From Antedon mediterranea (taxonomy: Eukaryota > Animalia > Echinodermata): 64,000 bases of DNA. The notes beneath the pieces are model-generated. The model did not search any database. It saw nothing but the letters and a program-made list of their open reading frames with translations, and had not been told where the DNA came from. Of this stretch, positions 1-13,824 are shown piece by piece. Position 1 is the first letter of the stretch. Each line of letters starts with the position of its first letter. The stretch is from the NCBI RefSeq assembly GCF_964355755.1, contig NC_092677.1, positions 23,299,175-23,363,174 of the forward strand. The letters are read 5' to 3'. A program made the translations under genes and the position numbers.

Positions 1-79
1 AAAAATACGGTATAAAAAATACCGTATTTTATACCGTATTTTTATACCGTATTTTGAGCAGTTGCAGCAGAAACAGGCC
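1..79. mobile_element. Right end of a PIF/Harbinger-like MITE truncated by the window edge
   Basis: Short internal repeats (ataccgtattttt) end in gcagcagaaacaggccc followed by TAA. The same terminus (cagcagaaacagaccc+TAA) recurs near 7297-7312. Confidence 0.5.
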
Positions 80-895
80 CTAAGAGTTAAACAAAAAAGA
101 ACAAATGAGTACATCTGAAGGTAAGTAATTAAACAAGCATTTGGATAAAGAAATTCCTTCACAATAATCAATAGAAAATGATAAACCTTATATAAAGGTA
201 AATCTACTATTCTAAATGTTTTCTTGTCCTTTTTATCTTCTTTTAATTGCACGATTGTGTTGTATAAACAAGTCTGAGTCCAGTGTTATTGAAATTCAGA
301 AATTTGATTTAGTCTATAAACAAGTTACTACTGTATATATAGTCTATGATAGGTAATTTTTCAGCATAATAACTGCAAAGCATCTTTTGTGTTAAGAATT
401 GTACTGCTAAGCACGATTTTATAGGCAGGCATTGAAGACAAAATAAAAAACAGCCACTCTGTGTGAAGAACAACCAAATAGTGGACAATTAACCCAGACA
501 GAATAAATATCTAACATATACAAGAAATATTATGTTACTGTTGTGGAAACTGTATGAGAGTGTCATTCCTATTTTAAAATCCTGCGTAAGATTAAAGACC
601 ATGCCTGCTATTCTTTTGCCTCTTTAAACAATTGCAATTTCAACCAGGGCTCTTGTGATGACTTGACTTATAATTAAATGTTTTTCTAATTTTGTGTATT
701 TATTTTTTTTTTTCAAATTTAACACCTCTAAATATGCTACAAAAATGTGTTTTTTCTAAGTTTCAATGAATATTAATATGAATAAAGGAATTTGGTTGAT
801 TGATAATGTAATCATGTGTAAATGTTTTTTTTAGAGGCCTTAATAATTATACTATACTTGTTTGTTGTATGGGTTTAGTTGTGGAAACTCACATA

Positions 896-1735
896 CCGTA
901 AAACCTTGAAAAGAAGCCCATGGGCTTCTTCTTTTTTTAGTGCTCTTTGGTGGGCTTCTTTTCGAGATGGGCTTCCTTTCGAGAGTACTTGTTCAAACTG
1001 TAGAGGGGGCTTCTTTTCGAAATGAATGCTGTAAATTTTGTGAATTTCTACTACAATAATATGACTTTTGAGACATATTATGTTTAATATCCTAATTAAA
1101 AAACAATATAAAAAGCAAAAAACAGTCCTATGATTCACCGTTAAATACAATCATTTCGTTATCATCGTCGTCATCATCCATAATGGAATATTCAAGAGTG
1201 TCGTCTGTCGATGATGGCATCTCATATCCAACCAACCCTTCGACGTTTACTTCTTTGTTTTCAATGAACCATCAAGGGCTACATTTATCCCACACTTTCT
1301 GAACAACCCAATTTGCAGCAATGGATTTGTGTTCATCATGGACCAGGCATTGCCAAACCACTTTGTTATAAGAATTCGCCTATCCCTTGCGCAATCTTAC
1401 CCATCACATAATCATCGAGGTTATCATTGATATGTTTTTCAAACTCTTTTTTTTATCGCATTCTTAAATGGCTTGTTGAATACAACATCGAGGGGCTGTA
1501 CTCTGCTGGTACAACCAGGGGGTACATTGACCAACACATTGTGTTTGGAAGCCAAAAGCTCCTTAACTGTGTCTCTTTGCTGTGCTTTATATACATCTGT
1601 TAATCTATCTCGAAAAGAAGCCCATACTATCTTGAAAAGAAGCCCAGGGGGGCTTCATTTCGAGATGGGCTTTTTTCGAGAGTACTTTTGCCAACTGTAG
1701 AGGGGGGCTTCTTTTCGAGATGGGCTTCCTTTCGA
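896..1735 (-). mobile_element. pogo/Tigger-like DNA transposon remnant with degenerate DDE_1 transposase
   Basis: Minus strand ~1597-1450 reads DVYKAQQRDTVKELLASKHNVLVNVPPGCTSRVQPLDVVFNKPFKNAIKK (pogo QPLD motif), followed by frameshifted C-terminal pieces (RRILITKWFGNAW; KCGINVALDG). Terminus TA|CCGTAAAA with subterminal gaaaagaagccc/gggcttctt repeats. Confidence 0.85.
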
Positions 1736-3236
1736 CTCAATTTTTGCATTACAATACAAAATTAGGGTCAGCTCCCCCTACCTCCTTCCACCCGTCAATA
1801 AAACCCCTGATCGTCCTATTTTTAAACTTACAACATCGATTATATTTCAAAAATATAAAATCTACATGAATCACATGCATTAGTACACCATGATATGTTT
1901 GATATTGACAGATCCAAATTACAAAAATCATCATTATTCAAATTTAACCTGGAAAATTGTTGGCCCAGTGGTGATATGTTATCTGTGCACTACTACACTT
2001 CTGTAGCAGAACCAATTCAAAAATTGTCATTAATGAATATATTAGTACAGGTAAAATCTTCAATCATTTCAATAAGCATGGCAAACATTCATAGAATTAG
2101 GTCAGTTAATAAAGCCGCAAGGTCAAATTAACCAACTTTACCATGAAATGTATTGCAGCAACACATAAAAGAAAAGTGTAACAATTACTGGCTAATAAAT
2201 ATCTCTCTTGATGAATATTCATATCGTCCAGTTTCATCTCCAAATCATGTTGCTAATATAAAATGGCAAAATGAATTCATCATTTATTCTAATACTAATT
2301 CTCTTTTTGAGTATGAATTGAAAATTTGGTAGCAAATTTGTATTAAGAACATATTTTATTAAATATATCATTTATTTTAATACAGTAGATTAAAAGTGCA
2401 GGAAATTAAATGTATATGGCTGCAATATATAAATAAAACAACAGGCCGCCATTGAGCTTGTTACAGTTTCTTAAACTGTTAGGCATTAATGACCATATTT
2501 TATCATCAACAATTGATTTAAATGAGTGTATACATTTAATGTTATGATCTATTTTCAAAGAAAGAGTTCATATTTGGCTTTATTTAGCAGAGACAGATCC
2601 ATATGGTGTAAAAATATGTGATATACAGTATTACAATTAATTTGCACAAAGCATTTAGTCAACCACTTTTTCAATGCAAAAGATTCTCCTATTTGATTTG
2701 TATTACATCAGGATGTTACTAACAATAGGAAACAACTACACTGCATTTATTAAAACTTTTTATATTTACATTTTCTTTTTGCTTTAATAGAAATGCCAGT
2801 GTCTCTCTTTTGAAAAAGAACCTGACCCAAAATATGGCTCTGATGATTAACACTTTTCAGAGAAATACATAAAAAAAGCAATTTTATCTGTATGCTAATG
2901 ACTTTTCCTCCCAACCAACTAAAATCTAATCCGAATCTAATAATTTATTTATGATAGTAACAATGATTGCCAATTTCAAAGTTTAATTGTAAATGATCTT
3001 TTAACTGCCTTAGGGTATATTGTCTAGATTATATATTATTCTGTCTAGAATTTTACAAATTTATCTACCCTGTGCAAAAAAGTCATTTCCTACATATCAC
3101 ACATTATTTATACAGCTTTAAATATTTCAGCAAAGCATGCACATATTCTCTTCTCATTAATAAAAATAGTCCAATGTAAAATATAAGTGATGATGCAGAC
3201 ATGATACCATTGTTTTTGTTATTTGCCTTCATAAGT

Positions 3237-3625
3237 GAGTGTGGCCTAGCTGTTAAGACAGTGGAACCGTAGTCCATAGCCATAACATCGGCAAGGGTTC
3301 AATCGCTCACTCGCTCCATGGTTCTGGTGGTAGAACAAGTCTTCATGGATAAGGACTATAAAAACCGTAGGTCCAGTGTACATCTGGCTCATGTGCACTT
3401 TAAAGAACCTAGTACATCTTTCGAGACGAGTAGGAGGTTACCCCGGTATACTAGTTCATACATACACACTGTCGTGGACAGACGTAATGACGGCGTAGTT
3501 GGCTGCCGATGACACAATGTGACCCTTAGGGGAGAAGAATGTTGTTGAAAAGATATAACATCTAAGTCCACAGCGCCTTTCATCACTAATTGTTGCTGGA
3601 ATTGGCGCTTTACAAAATTCGTATA
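3237..3625 (+). mobile_element. tRNA-derived SINE
   Basis: Pol III A box (tggcctagctg) and B box-like (gggttcaatcg) in the head. Related copies at ~40735-40935 (-), ~46200-46402 (-) and ~56080-56250 (+). Confidence 0.7.
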
Positions 3626-5480
3626 TATACTGTATATAAACAACTCCCACCCTCTTGTTATGATATCTTTAACATAAAAGATTAATTTTACCAGTATGGT
3701 TGGTAAGGAACAGACAACCCTGTGGCCCGCACAGAGATTGTTCTCTTTCCTTGCAATCACCGCACTACTTTATTTCTCATGGCTATGGCACTGTCTTTAA
3801 TAGCACCATTATGTTGATTCTTCCACATTTTCTAAAGTAACCCTAACCCCTAACCCATAAATGTTTTAACTTATTTGTACATACCAGGCAAAACTGATTT
3901 ATGTGCTTGTATAAAGTTTGTGTCAACTTTAATTTCTGCATCTTTTACTATCAGAGCTAGAATAAAATCCTATCTCTCTTTCAAATGAAAGACAATGGCA
4001 TTCAATCCTATTGCAATATGGCTTTTCATATTCTGAAGCCTCAATACATAACTAGGTCTTGTGATTTTAAACATGAAACAGATTCATCATAATTGCCTCC
4101 TGTTTTCTTATGAAAAAAATTAATTATGATTTTTACGATACTGATAATATAATAGATTTTCGCATTAAAAAACAATTACAGTTTCGCAAGCACGACTGGT
4201 TTTTAAGACTGTCGAAATTCACAATAAACTATAGACTAATTTAACTTTTTTTATTCCAAACCAACGGCTATCTCATTGTACAAAAATGACTTGAAAATAG
4301 TTCCGCATGATATAACTGTAAATTATTACTTATCTCCCCAGTGATTTAAGTCCAAAAATCATCAGGATCTAAATACAATTTAATAGCCTTTGTCACCAAC
4401 AAAAGTATTCTATTATTTATTATGTGACAAACATAAGATCCATCGACTGTCATAAAAAAAAATCTTAATAATTTTTTCATGATTGGCATAGAGTTTCAAT
4501 AAAGTTTAAAGTGTAACAAATGCCTTTATTTTACACAATGAGCACTTGATTTAATATCTTTCATTTTTTAATGTAATAACTGTATATCAATCAAATTAGT
4601 TTATCATATTCTATTGAATTCTACAATTCTACAGATAGAAATGCAGTATAGATGGCTTTCAAAAAACGATCTTTATTTCCACTTTTAGACATTCAGATAT
4701 GTTAGAAAAGTTGTTTTTTTTTAGCCGAAAAAAAGGGTTTTTACACCAATTTGCAACAGCCCCAAATTCTCTATATGTCATGTCACAGAGAGGTCATCAT
4801 AATCAAAGAGAGTAACTAAGTCTATAATATAGGTTCTACCACCACACCACCAGTGGTATGTGCAATTGGAAAAGTTTAGGGACCCTCCAACACTGGATAG
4901 TTGCATTAAGCTGCTCATACTCTGGGGCTCCTTAAGCTCTGGGGCACCTGGGTTCACCCAGTAAGCACCACTGTGTACCACCATGTTTGGTTGATACCAC
5001 AAATTCACTACTACCGAGATGGTGCACATACATTGAACAGGTAGTCAACATATTTGTATACCATATTTTCTTTAGTAAATTTTTTAAATAGTTGAATGAA
5101 AGTTGCTTTCCAATCTGATTTAAAAATACCAATAGTATGTCAACTGGCAAATCTGACAATCCACAGCATCATCATCCTAGAAGTTTGTTTTGTTCATCGC
5201 ACATTATTGTACAGAGCTCTCATTCAAAAGCAAAAAGAACCAAATTAAAACGTGTTGACACCAAGAGACCTTAAACAGTGCTGATGTTATGTTTTTAATG
5301 GTCTTAATAAAAGAAAATTAATTATGAACATTTGTAAGGATAGATACCCTTAATGTATTAACGACTCGTAGATCTCTAGTACATAGAGTATAACAATACC
5401 AAACAAAGTGTTAATGATGGTCCTTGTAAAGAGCACTTAAAAAAGATTGAACAACCTTGTATAATCTTACTTTAATCTAA

Positions 5481-6473
5481 GGGCCTGTTCAGACATACGG
5501 AGTTATGCTTTCGTACTGTACGCGGCGTACAAGTCCATAGGTCTGAACCAGGAAAAGATTAGTGGAAGCCACCTCGTACGACACTGATATTTCGTACGCT
5601 ACGAAAGCTCAAGGTATGAGTTTAGTGGACGTCGCTTACAATACGAAAGTCACGCATCGATGAATATGACCTAGGTTAGATATCTAGCCAATCAAATTAC
5701 AATATTCGCCACATCACATCGTGACATGTGCTCCTCATCGTATAGCCAAGCTGATCCATTTGTTGTGATCGGTGAACGTGCGAAAAAATCATACCTTTTG
5801 TTGTTACACTATACAGTATTATTATTAATATTATTATATTAATTAATTTAAAATGTCATCGAAGCGTGCGCATTGGCGAGAAACCGAAGTAAAATACCTT
5901 ATTTCATTGTGGGGAAGCCCTGAGTTCAGAGATCGGTTGTTGGAAGTGAAAAACTGGCGTAAAAGCACCGACAACAAGATGTCTGTGTTCAACGAGATGG
6001 TGGACACGTTAGCAGATGGGCCATCCTCATAAAGAAGGATTTAATATCCAAACGAAATTGAAGGGGTCGTCATATAAAGCGGCGAAAGACCGAGTAAATA
6101 AATCTGGAGCCGGTGCAAGTACGGGATCTGAACATTTTTCTGCCATAAATGATATTTTAGGTCATAGACCAAATATAAACCCAAACCCCAAAACGATCGG
6201 CTGGTTGGTATGCCTGACAACCAATCGATAATGCCGAGCCCAAGTGTTCGGTCTAGGCCTGTAACTCCTACCCCAACCACTACTACTTTTAATAACAACG
6301 AAGGTAGGTCAAAACGTGCGTTAGAGTTTGGTTAATCGCCAGCGAGTGACATCATATCCGTTTATAACGCAACTTCGTTGCAATGAATCTGAACACTTTG
6401 CTCTTACGACGCTCATTAAAATATGACCTTGGCTGTGATACGAAAGCATAACTCCGTAGGTCTGAACATACCC
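5481..6473 (+). mobile_element. Non-autonomous PIF/Harbinger element carrying a frameshifted Myb/SANT-like ORF
   Basis: ~35-bp TIRs (gggcctgttcagacatacggagttatgctttcgta / tacgaaagcataactccgtaggtctgaacataccc) with TAA on the left. From 5853: MSSKRAHWRETEVKYLISLWG...NKMSVFNEMVDTLAD, frameshift, then GHPH...YKAAKDRVNKSGAG...FSAINDILGHRP, the trihelix/MSANTD pattern of Harbinger ORF2. Confidence 0.8.
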
Positions 6474-6944
6474 ATAGTAGAAAGGATGTTATGGTTTGAA
6501 TATTGGGTAATTAAAAAAATTCCATAAATGACCAATTAAAAAGCATGGATTGAAAACATATGAATACTTTTTTAATGAAATATAGACCAGTTGCCTTCTC
6601 AAGGAAAAAAGGTGACTAGGAAATAATTTCTTTAATACTGACTAATTTTAATTAGCCTGTATTAGAGAAATTATTAAAGATTTTAATTAGCCTGGATATT
6701 ATTAGAGAAATAATTATTAAAGAATCTATGTTTATTATACAAAATGCGGATCGCACAGGCGGTTGAGTGGAAACCTGTTCAGGAGATACAGATTCAATAT
6801 GGGGCAATCTACGAGCTTTTCTGCTTACCATAAATTGACCTTAAACTCAAAGTGTTTGGAATTCAGGTTTTGGTTTTAAGGTGAGAAAGATGTTGGGCTA
6901 GGGGAAGGGGCAGGGATTGAAGGTCTTAGGAAAACTGCTGAGCA

Positions 6945-7312
6945 GGAATAATCGGTTATTAACCGATTATTCTTTTAATTGATTATTTTTTTAATCGATT
7001 ATTTTTGGGCAGCAGAAACAGCGCAAATGAAAAAACCGATTAAAAAATAACCAATTAAAAACACTCAATCCATTGCATGTTTTAACCGATTATTTCTTGT
7101 TTTAACCAATTATTGCGTAGTAGTTTTTAGCTGCAACACAAATAACTTGAACTGCGTTGTGCGTATGGATGACGTAATTTTTTTTTTTTTAAGCGATTAC
7201 CACATAACCGATTAACGTCGAAGAAAATTTTCAGTTGCAACGCGGTCAATTCTGTGGCTTGTGGTACTTTGGAAAAATCAATTATTTTTATTTCTTCAGC
7301 AGAAACAGACCC
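6945..7312. mobile_element. Harbinger-like MITE fragment with aaccgattatt repeats
   Basis: Many direct and inverted (a)accgatta(tt) motifs. Right end cagcagaaacagaccc+TAA matches the terminus at 63-79. Confidence 0.45.
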
Positions 7313-7469
7313 TAAGGGAGGAGGTGGCATAAATAAATGCTAAACAATATTGCAGGGGATGACAGCAGTTTGACATTATTTATCTCCAGGGTCATGCAAA
7401 AAATTGTTAAACAGCAAAGAGAACATTAAACAAAATCCTTATTCCATAAAGTAGCAAACAATAATCTAT

Positions 7470-7640
7470 GGTATGTCTCACTATCAAACTTTATGTGACA
7501 AAAAATGTGAAGTGCCCATATATGGACATGATGATGTCATATCACTATCATATTTGAGCATATCACTACCATATTTGAGCATATCACCCCCCATATTTGG
7601 GCACATCACACTTTTTGTCAAGCTAGTTTGATATTATCAT
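7470..7640 (+). mobile_element. Degenerate copy of the 21-bp-repeat MITE
   Basis: atatcactaccatatttgagc repeats and flanks match the full copy at 54945-55197. Confidence 0.65.
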
Positions 7641-8185
7641 AATGCAACAATAAATTGTATCCACAGTTAATTTTCCATTTAATCATCCAAATAAAATACA
7701 ATGGTTTTTTAAAAATTAAGAAATCAAATGAACAGCAACACTTGGGTGAGCAAAGAAGACAGAAATAAACACAATATGCTGTAATAGCACACAACAAAAT
7801 CTTTGAAAGCAAAATCAGAGAGTTAATCAAAGTTTAGAATTATGTGTCTTATCCGCTATCTAGCTGAAAGATCTTCCTTTCTCCCAGTTCTTATTAATAT
7901 TGAATAATGATTGAATTTTTGGTCACCAGGGAAAGAGAGTAGATTTATAGTGGAATGTTGATCATATCATACTACAGTACAGCTCAACATGTTTTTCATA
8001 TTGGCTCTACTGTATACAACCAACATGTTTACAATTCAGATTTCTTCCATTTAGTTCCTCATTTTAACACATGAAAACAATGTTAAGATTGTATGTTGAA
8101 AAATAAGCTTATGATACAATTTACTACAAAAAAAACCAAAAACTATAAATATATGGATAAAATTCCTCGACAAAGTTTTTATACA

Positions 8186-9627
8186 CTAGATGGTACGCTC
8201 GCTTCGCTCGTGTACCATCTAGGTCGTGCCCACAGATGGTTCTCGAATATATAATAATTTCAGCGTTAAAAAACTGGCGATTTCAAATGTACGTACAATA
8301 ATACATGTCGTTTACACTCAGGAACGAAAATAGACACTGATTTATGTACTCAACTAAAATTAGCACCCTGAGAATTACTTCCGAAAGAGAAACTTGTCAC
8401 AAAATGAGACCAATTGTTTAAGTCAAATTTAAACAAACTTAATTTGTGTTTTGTATGTAACATTAGGGGTGAGGGGTGGGGAAGAGGATGGGTGCAAAGA
8501 GGAACAATTTTTAAATATATTAAATATATTCTTTATCCATTTAGTAACGAAATATTAATTGTTTTCATGTTTTACAAATAATATATCACTAAACACAGTA
8601 AAACATTGCTATGTAATACTTTGTTGAAACTATCACCGTCTTAGTCGATTGAAATAGTACAGTACATGTAACGATACATCACTACGACGTGTATGTTTAT
8701 ATAATGTAAAACAATTTGTGAAAACCACCTCTATTCGGGGAAAATCATAAAATCGATTTAATCGTCAATAAAAATTAAATTATCTAACTCAACTTTATTA
8801 GTAGGCCTAATGGTTTTCAATTGTTTCTTAAAGCCAATTCATACTTAAGTTGGTTCCTACCCTACCCACCAAAGTTGTTCTGCGTTTAGGGGATTTGATG
8901 CACCGTAGGCCTATCCTCTACTGGCTTTACAACGCTACTCATGCCAGTGAGGGAAGGGTGATGATGTGGGTGGTTTAAATGCAATAATAAAGATTTGTAC
9001 ATAATATACGGCGACTGAAAACGCTAGCTCATTATCCGTTAAAAAAAAATATATCCAACCTCTGCAGCACAGATTGAAAAAAAAAATGGATCGAATTTCT
9101 GTTATGAGTATACAGTACTTGCCTTTACGACGCCTGAGGGAATAGACACTTGTGGAACAGAGATTGGAATGTTCCATTCATCGCAAATCAATACATTTGT
9201 ATAAACGTATATTAAATCTATCAAAATAGTATTTTTTAAAGAAAAGCGGCCTGTCTTCAACATTATGATGCTGTACTCGAGCTGTTCAACCGGTTTTCAG
9301 CCATTAAAAACAATTATCGTAGGAGGAGATAGGAAAATGCGAAGCATCCTCGTATTATTGTCTGTGGGTATTTTTCAAGACGGACATCCATTAGACAGTG
9401 TATACCACGATCGAAAAACACCCCTATTTGGGGCAAATCATTGAACCTAAATTCGTTTTAATTGTCAATAACTAATTATCTAACTCAATTTAATTAGTAA
9501 ACAGGGTTACATCAGGTGGTTAAAATCAATACCGAGATTCTAACCAACTTTATATACCATCGAGTAAACATTCTAGAAAAAACGCGCGATTTACCGAATT
9601 TTGCCCTTACGTAAATTTATATATAGA
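8186..9627 (-). mobile_element. Non-autonomous Helitron
   Basis: Minus strand starts TCtatatataaa (9627) and ends in the hairpin ctagatggtac-acgagcgaagcgagc-gtaccatCTAG followed by T (8186). No TIRs or TSD. The base before TC is T rather than the canonical A. Confidence 0.65.
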
Positions 9628-12409
9628 AGCCAAAAAAAGTTGTTAACTTCACATTTCTTCCTTCATCAAATGTTGGGGCTGCACGACTTTGTTACTATTT
9701 TAGCTATTATATAAATAAAAATTGAAATTGTTAGAAACAAATTAGGCTTTTTACAGTTTAAAAACTTCAAGTTAGGAAAGCCAAGTATCCATAAAAAAAA
9801 TTCTATAGGCAAATCAACTTTCTTCCTACACAACCAAATAAATAAAATTATACCATAAAACATACAACACAATGCTTTAAGAACTGAATAAAACTACAAA
9901 TAACAAACACATTCAGAACATTGACGCAAAAAGAGTGGATAACAATTTACATGCTAGTAACTTAAGACATTACCAATGACAGCGAATGACATTCTTACTA
10001 GATGAACTACACGTATTCCCAATTTAAGATATCTCACACAAATCGATAATGTCTTATTTTTACTGAAAAATTGCCGATTTGGGACATTAAACAGTTTTCT
10101 GAGTTGAGAGTAAGACCTCAAAAGTTAAAGTCTTTTAGTGATAATCATAGTTTATGTGCTTTTTGATTCAATTATCTGTCATGTACAATTTCCTTTTAAT
10201 AAAAGTTGACTAAAAGTCTCCATATTTAAAATCAAACCATTAATAAATAAATTGCGGAAGCATTGGAAAATTGTTGAAGTGAAGTAGGAATAACAGCGCA
10301 TTGCAACAGAAACATTTATTTTAGATATTTCAATTTAATGCAATAAAGTATCTATGAGATGATATAAAATGTTGTTAATTTTAAAACTGCATTTATTTTT
10401 ATGAATGCACAAGATGATACTTTACTTCAAAATAACAATTTCTGAAGCTCAGCCAATTTGATTTTTAATATATTATTAATATAAATTAAAACCAATAAAT
10501 GTTGATGTTTTATGAATTGTTCTTTTATTTGTAGGCCTACAACTCGGTATTATGTGAATATGGAAAAAATGAAATAAACTTACTACATTGGACAAACGTC
10601 ACATCACATACAAGGTTAATTGTTTTTGTTTCTTTTGTTTGTTGTAGTTTTATACATTTTTTTCTTTAAAAAAACTAAATTCTATAAAAAATCTTTCTTT
10701 GTTCTTAATCTTTTCCCTTATTTTTATAGCATTTAGTGATCATACAAAAAGTGTTTGATTATCTTTTCAAAGTTTAATTACTATAGCTTATGATATTAAA
10801 GGATTTGGAGATGTAGGTTGAATATATAGAAATACATACTGTATACATACGTTTGACTATGATACAACTGTTATTTAGTTAAGATTATAAATGAAAAATT
10901 ATGTATACTTGTTAGTACTTATGCTTAAGATTAAATGGTTTTGATGACTTAGAAGGATACAGCTGATAAGCCCTTAGATAAGATAAATACAGATATTGAT
11001 CCATGTCGGCAGCGTTGCCATGACTCAAATCTTCTTCATAATCAAACTACTTTTATATTCCAGATGGTCAATTTATTCAGAAAAAATGACCAGTATAAAT
11101 ATTTATACGTTGTTGAAAAACAAAATTGAGGGTAAATCATATAATGCTTTATCATATTGATGATACTGTAGTATTTGATAAGAAAGCTAAATTTTTCGAT
11201 CTCATATTTTTATTTTTATTTATTTATTTGACCAATAAAAACAGATCAGGAATAAACAAAAGCGACCTAGGCCACTATGAATCAGTGAGTCTGTAATTAT
11301 TTATATAATATAAAAATATACGAATTTGGTACAATTTCGAAAAGCACTATTTAAAATAAAATCCAATTACCGTATATTCTAAAGATTTTGACACCATACT
11401 TTCTGTGACTAGCGGTTTCCAATATGTAAATTATTAACAAAAGGCAGCCATTTTTAATTATGCAAATTAAGCAATATTTTCCAGTGTCCAAAGGAAGTTG
11501 TGTTCTAAAGTTTCAAAAGAAAAAAACCTTTTCTTTTATTTCCCGGACTATATAATTTCAGGTTAAAAAAAAATTTAAAATCTAATCACTCATAGATCCG
11601 GAATGGAAGAATACACAAGAATATATGGTATTCTGTTTGGCGCAGATTACATGAGAGAATTTTATTGTTAGGCTTTTACAGGGTAACTTATAGCATATAT
11701 GCTTGAAGGAAAGCAAAAATACATAACATGTGCATATATTTGTTGTAATTTCTTTATTAATGTTTATTGTTATATAAATAAAAAATTAGGTATTTTTGCA
11801 GCTGTGACTTTTCTTATAAATCATTGTTTAATTAAATGCAAAACAAAGATATATTAATATATTCAATTATGAAGCATGAAAAGCTCTTCCATTAAACAGT
11901 TTGTATTAAATATCCTATAATACAGTTATGCTCTCATATTTACAAATAACAAGCTCTTCTACTAACTGTTCACCCTCCTTCTGTAAATAATTAAATTCTT
12001 GGATTGGATTTATTTAGTAATTTGTTTAAAATGGGTACTATGGGTGATTTTTAATTAGAGGCTTTAATAAAAATTAAATCATGGTGAAAAGAAAGGCAAT
12101 TATTGATATTGTCACTTTAAGTAGGTATATACAAAATGTAATCAGAGTGGCGAGAACAATTTCACACCTTTGATGTGCATTATTATTGAATGTGAATTGA
12201 TAGTAGTAATGTCTGAACGTGGTGGGAGTAAGGAAATGACAGGAATATGTGGAAAATGAGTACTAGAATTCTAATGAGATGATTCAAAGAGTAACAGATG
12301 AAACAACTCGGTCAAATCAATACAATTGACAAAATGAAGTCCATACATCAAAAGCTGGCAACAAAAATGTACAAGAAGTTGTGGGAAAGATTCATCAGAT
12401 TTCAATTTA

Positions 12410-12871
12410 TTGTAAATCTTCTAATAGTAGACCTAACCCCTCTTCTAATAGTAACCCCTCTTCTAATAGTAACCCCTCTTCTAATAGTAACCCCCCTTCT
12501 AATGGTAACCCACCTTATAGGTCAATTTATAATAATAACCCACTACTCTAATAGTAACCCATGGGGTTACTATTAGAGTCACAAAAACTTATGATGCAGC
12601 CATATTTTGAAAATAAGGAGATAATGCATGTTGATCTCGGGAGTGGGGGAGGATTGAGTGTTTTTGAGTTTGTAAAATAAAGTTAGAGTTTAACCAAATT
12701 TGTTTATTCGTACTGTTTTAATATTTTGCTATGAGTTGCTGACCGGAAAAGTTGGGGTGGGTTACTATTTTCAGGTGCCTAATTAGTAATAGTTATCCCC
12801 CTTCTAATAGTAACCCACCCTAAAAAACAATCAAACAATAATAACCAAGGGTTATATTAGAAGATTTACGG
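12410..12871. mobile_element. pogo-like MITE with 18-bp subterminal repeats
   Basis: TIRs gtaaatcttctaat / attagaagatttac(gg) flanked by TA; tandem ctcttctaatagtaaccc units. Explains the spurious TPLLIV ORF. Confidence 0.7.
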
Positions 12872-13187
12872 TAGATGATAATTAATGTTGAGATAAATCC
12901 TTACTTGTAATTTTATTCTTACTAAACCAGGAAAATATCTGTGGCTGTGTTCACCAAAAACAGGACGACAATTAGAACACAAATATCAGAACATAAAGAA
13001 AAATGGTAAACATGTTTGAGGTCTGATCTAAATCAAGTAAAGTTTAAATAAAAAAAGTAACGCTACTGTAATAGCTATTAAAAAAAGGCCTATCATGGAC
13101 AGACAAAACAAACACATCTTTTAATTTTAATAAATAAAGGCCTCCGAGACCAGAGACCACTTTTCTGTAACACTAATCAAAACAAAT

Positions 13188-13690
13188 ACTGTAAAATCTC
13201 AAAAAGAAGCCCATTCTTTTAATAATGGGTTTCTTTTAAAGAAGGGTTTCATTTTTAGATGGGCTTCTTTGCGAGATTACTTTTGCAAACTAAAGAGGGG
13301 CTTCTTTTTTAAATGAATTCCAAAAATTTTGAGAAATTTGCTATAATAAATAGAATTTTTGAGAAATTGCCTCCAAATTGTACATATTTGTTATCAAAAT
13401 ACCATTTTAAACTGTAAAATAAATGTATGATATAAACATATATTATATCTGCATCATGATCCTATTAAAAAAGTCTATCATGAAAAGAGGCCAGTGGGCT
13501 TAATTTCGAGAGTGGGCTTAATTTCGAGAGTGGGCTTAATTTCGAGAGTGGGCTTAATTTCGAGAGTGGGCTTAATTTCGAGAGTGGGCTTAATTTCGAG
13601 ATTGGGTTGTTTTCGAGATTGGGTTGTTTTTTAGATTACTTTTGAGAATAAAAAAGAGGTCTTTCTTTGAGATGTACTTCTATTTGAAAG
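13188..13690. mobile_element. pogo-family MITE with 18-bp tandem repeat (gtgggcttaatttcgaga x6 plus 2 degenerate)
   Basis: Left end tactgtaaaatctcaaaaagaagccc matches the pogo remnant at 896; array at 13494-13637. Confidence 0.65.
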
Positions 13691-13824
13691 GAAGCACCCT
13701 AGATTTACGTTACCTAAATAGCCATTAGTGATTACAACTATAAGAAATTTGAAAAAAAAAATACTAGGCCTAATAATAAAGTTAAAACACTACTAACACT
13801 TAGGCCATAAAATGGTCTGCCTCG

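Noticed and set aside
4778-5159. ORFs in a GC-richer patch
   Set aside because: The patch resembles a short CAGTGG...CCACTG MITE (similar to ~30889-31028); no convincing splice or homology signal.
10490-11640. Scattered acceptor-like sites suggesting degenerate exons
   Set aside because: No open, phase-consistent chain or recognisable peptide.
12298-12576. ORF with TPLLIV repeats
   Set aside because: Translation of 18-bp MITE subterminal repeats.
13494-13637. Short regular repeats resembling a CRISPR array (also 39725-39952 and 55020-55145)
   Set aside because: Head-to-tail units without unique spacers, in eukaryotic context, with no cas genes.
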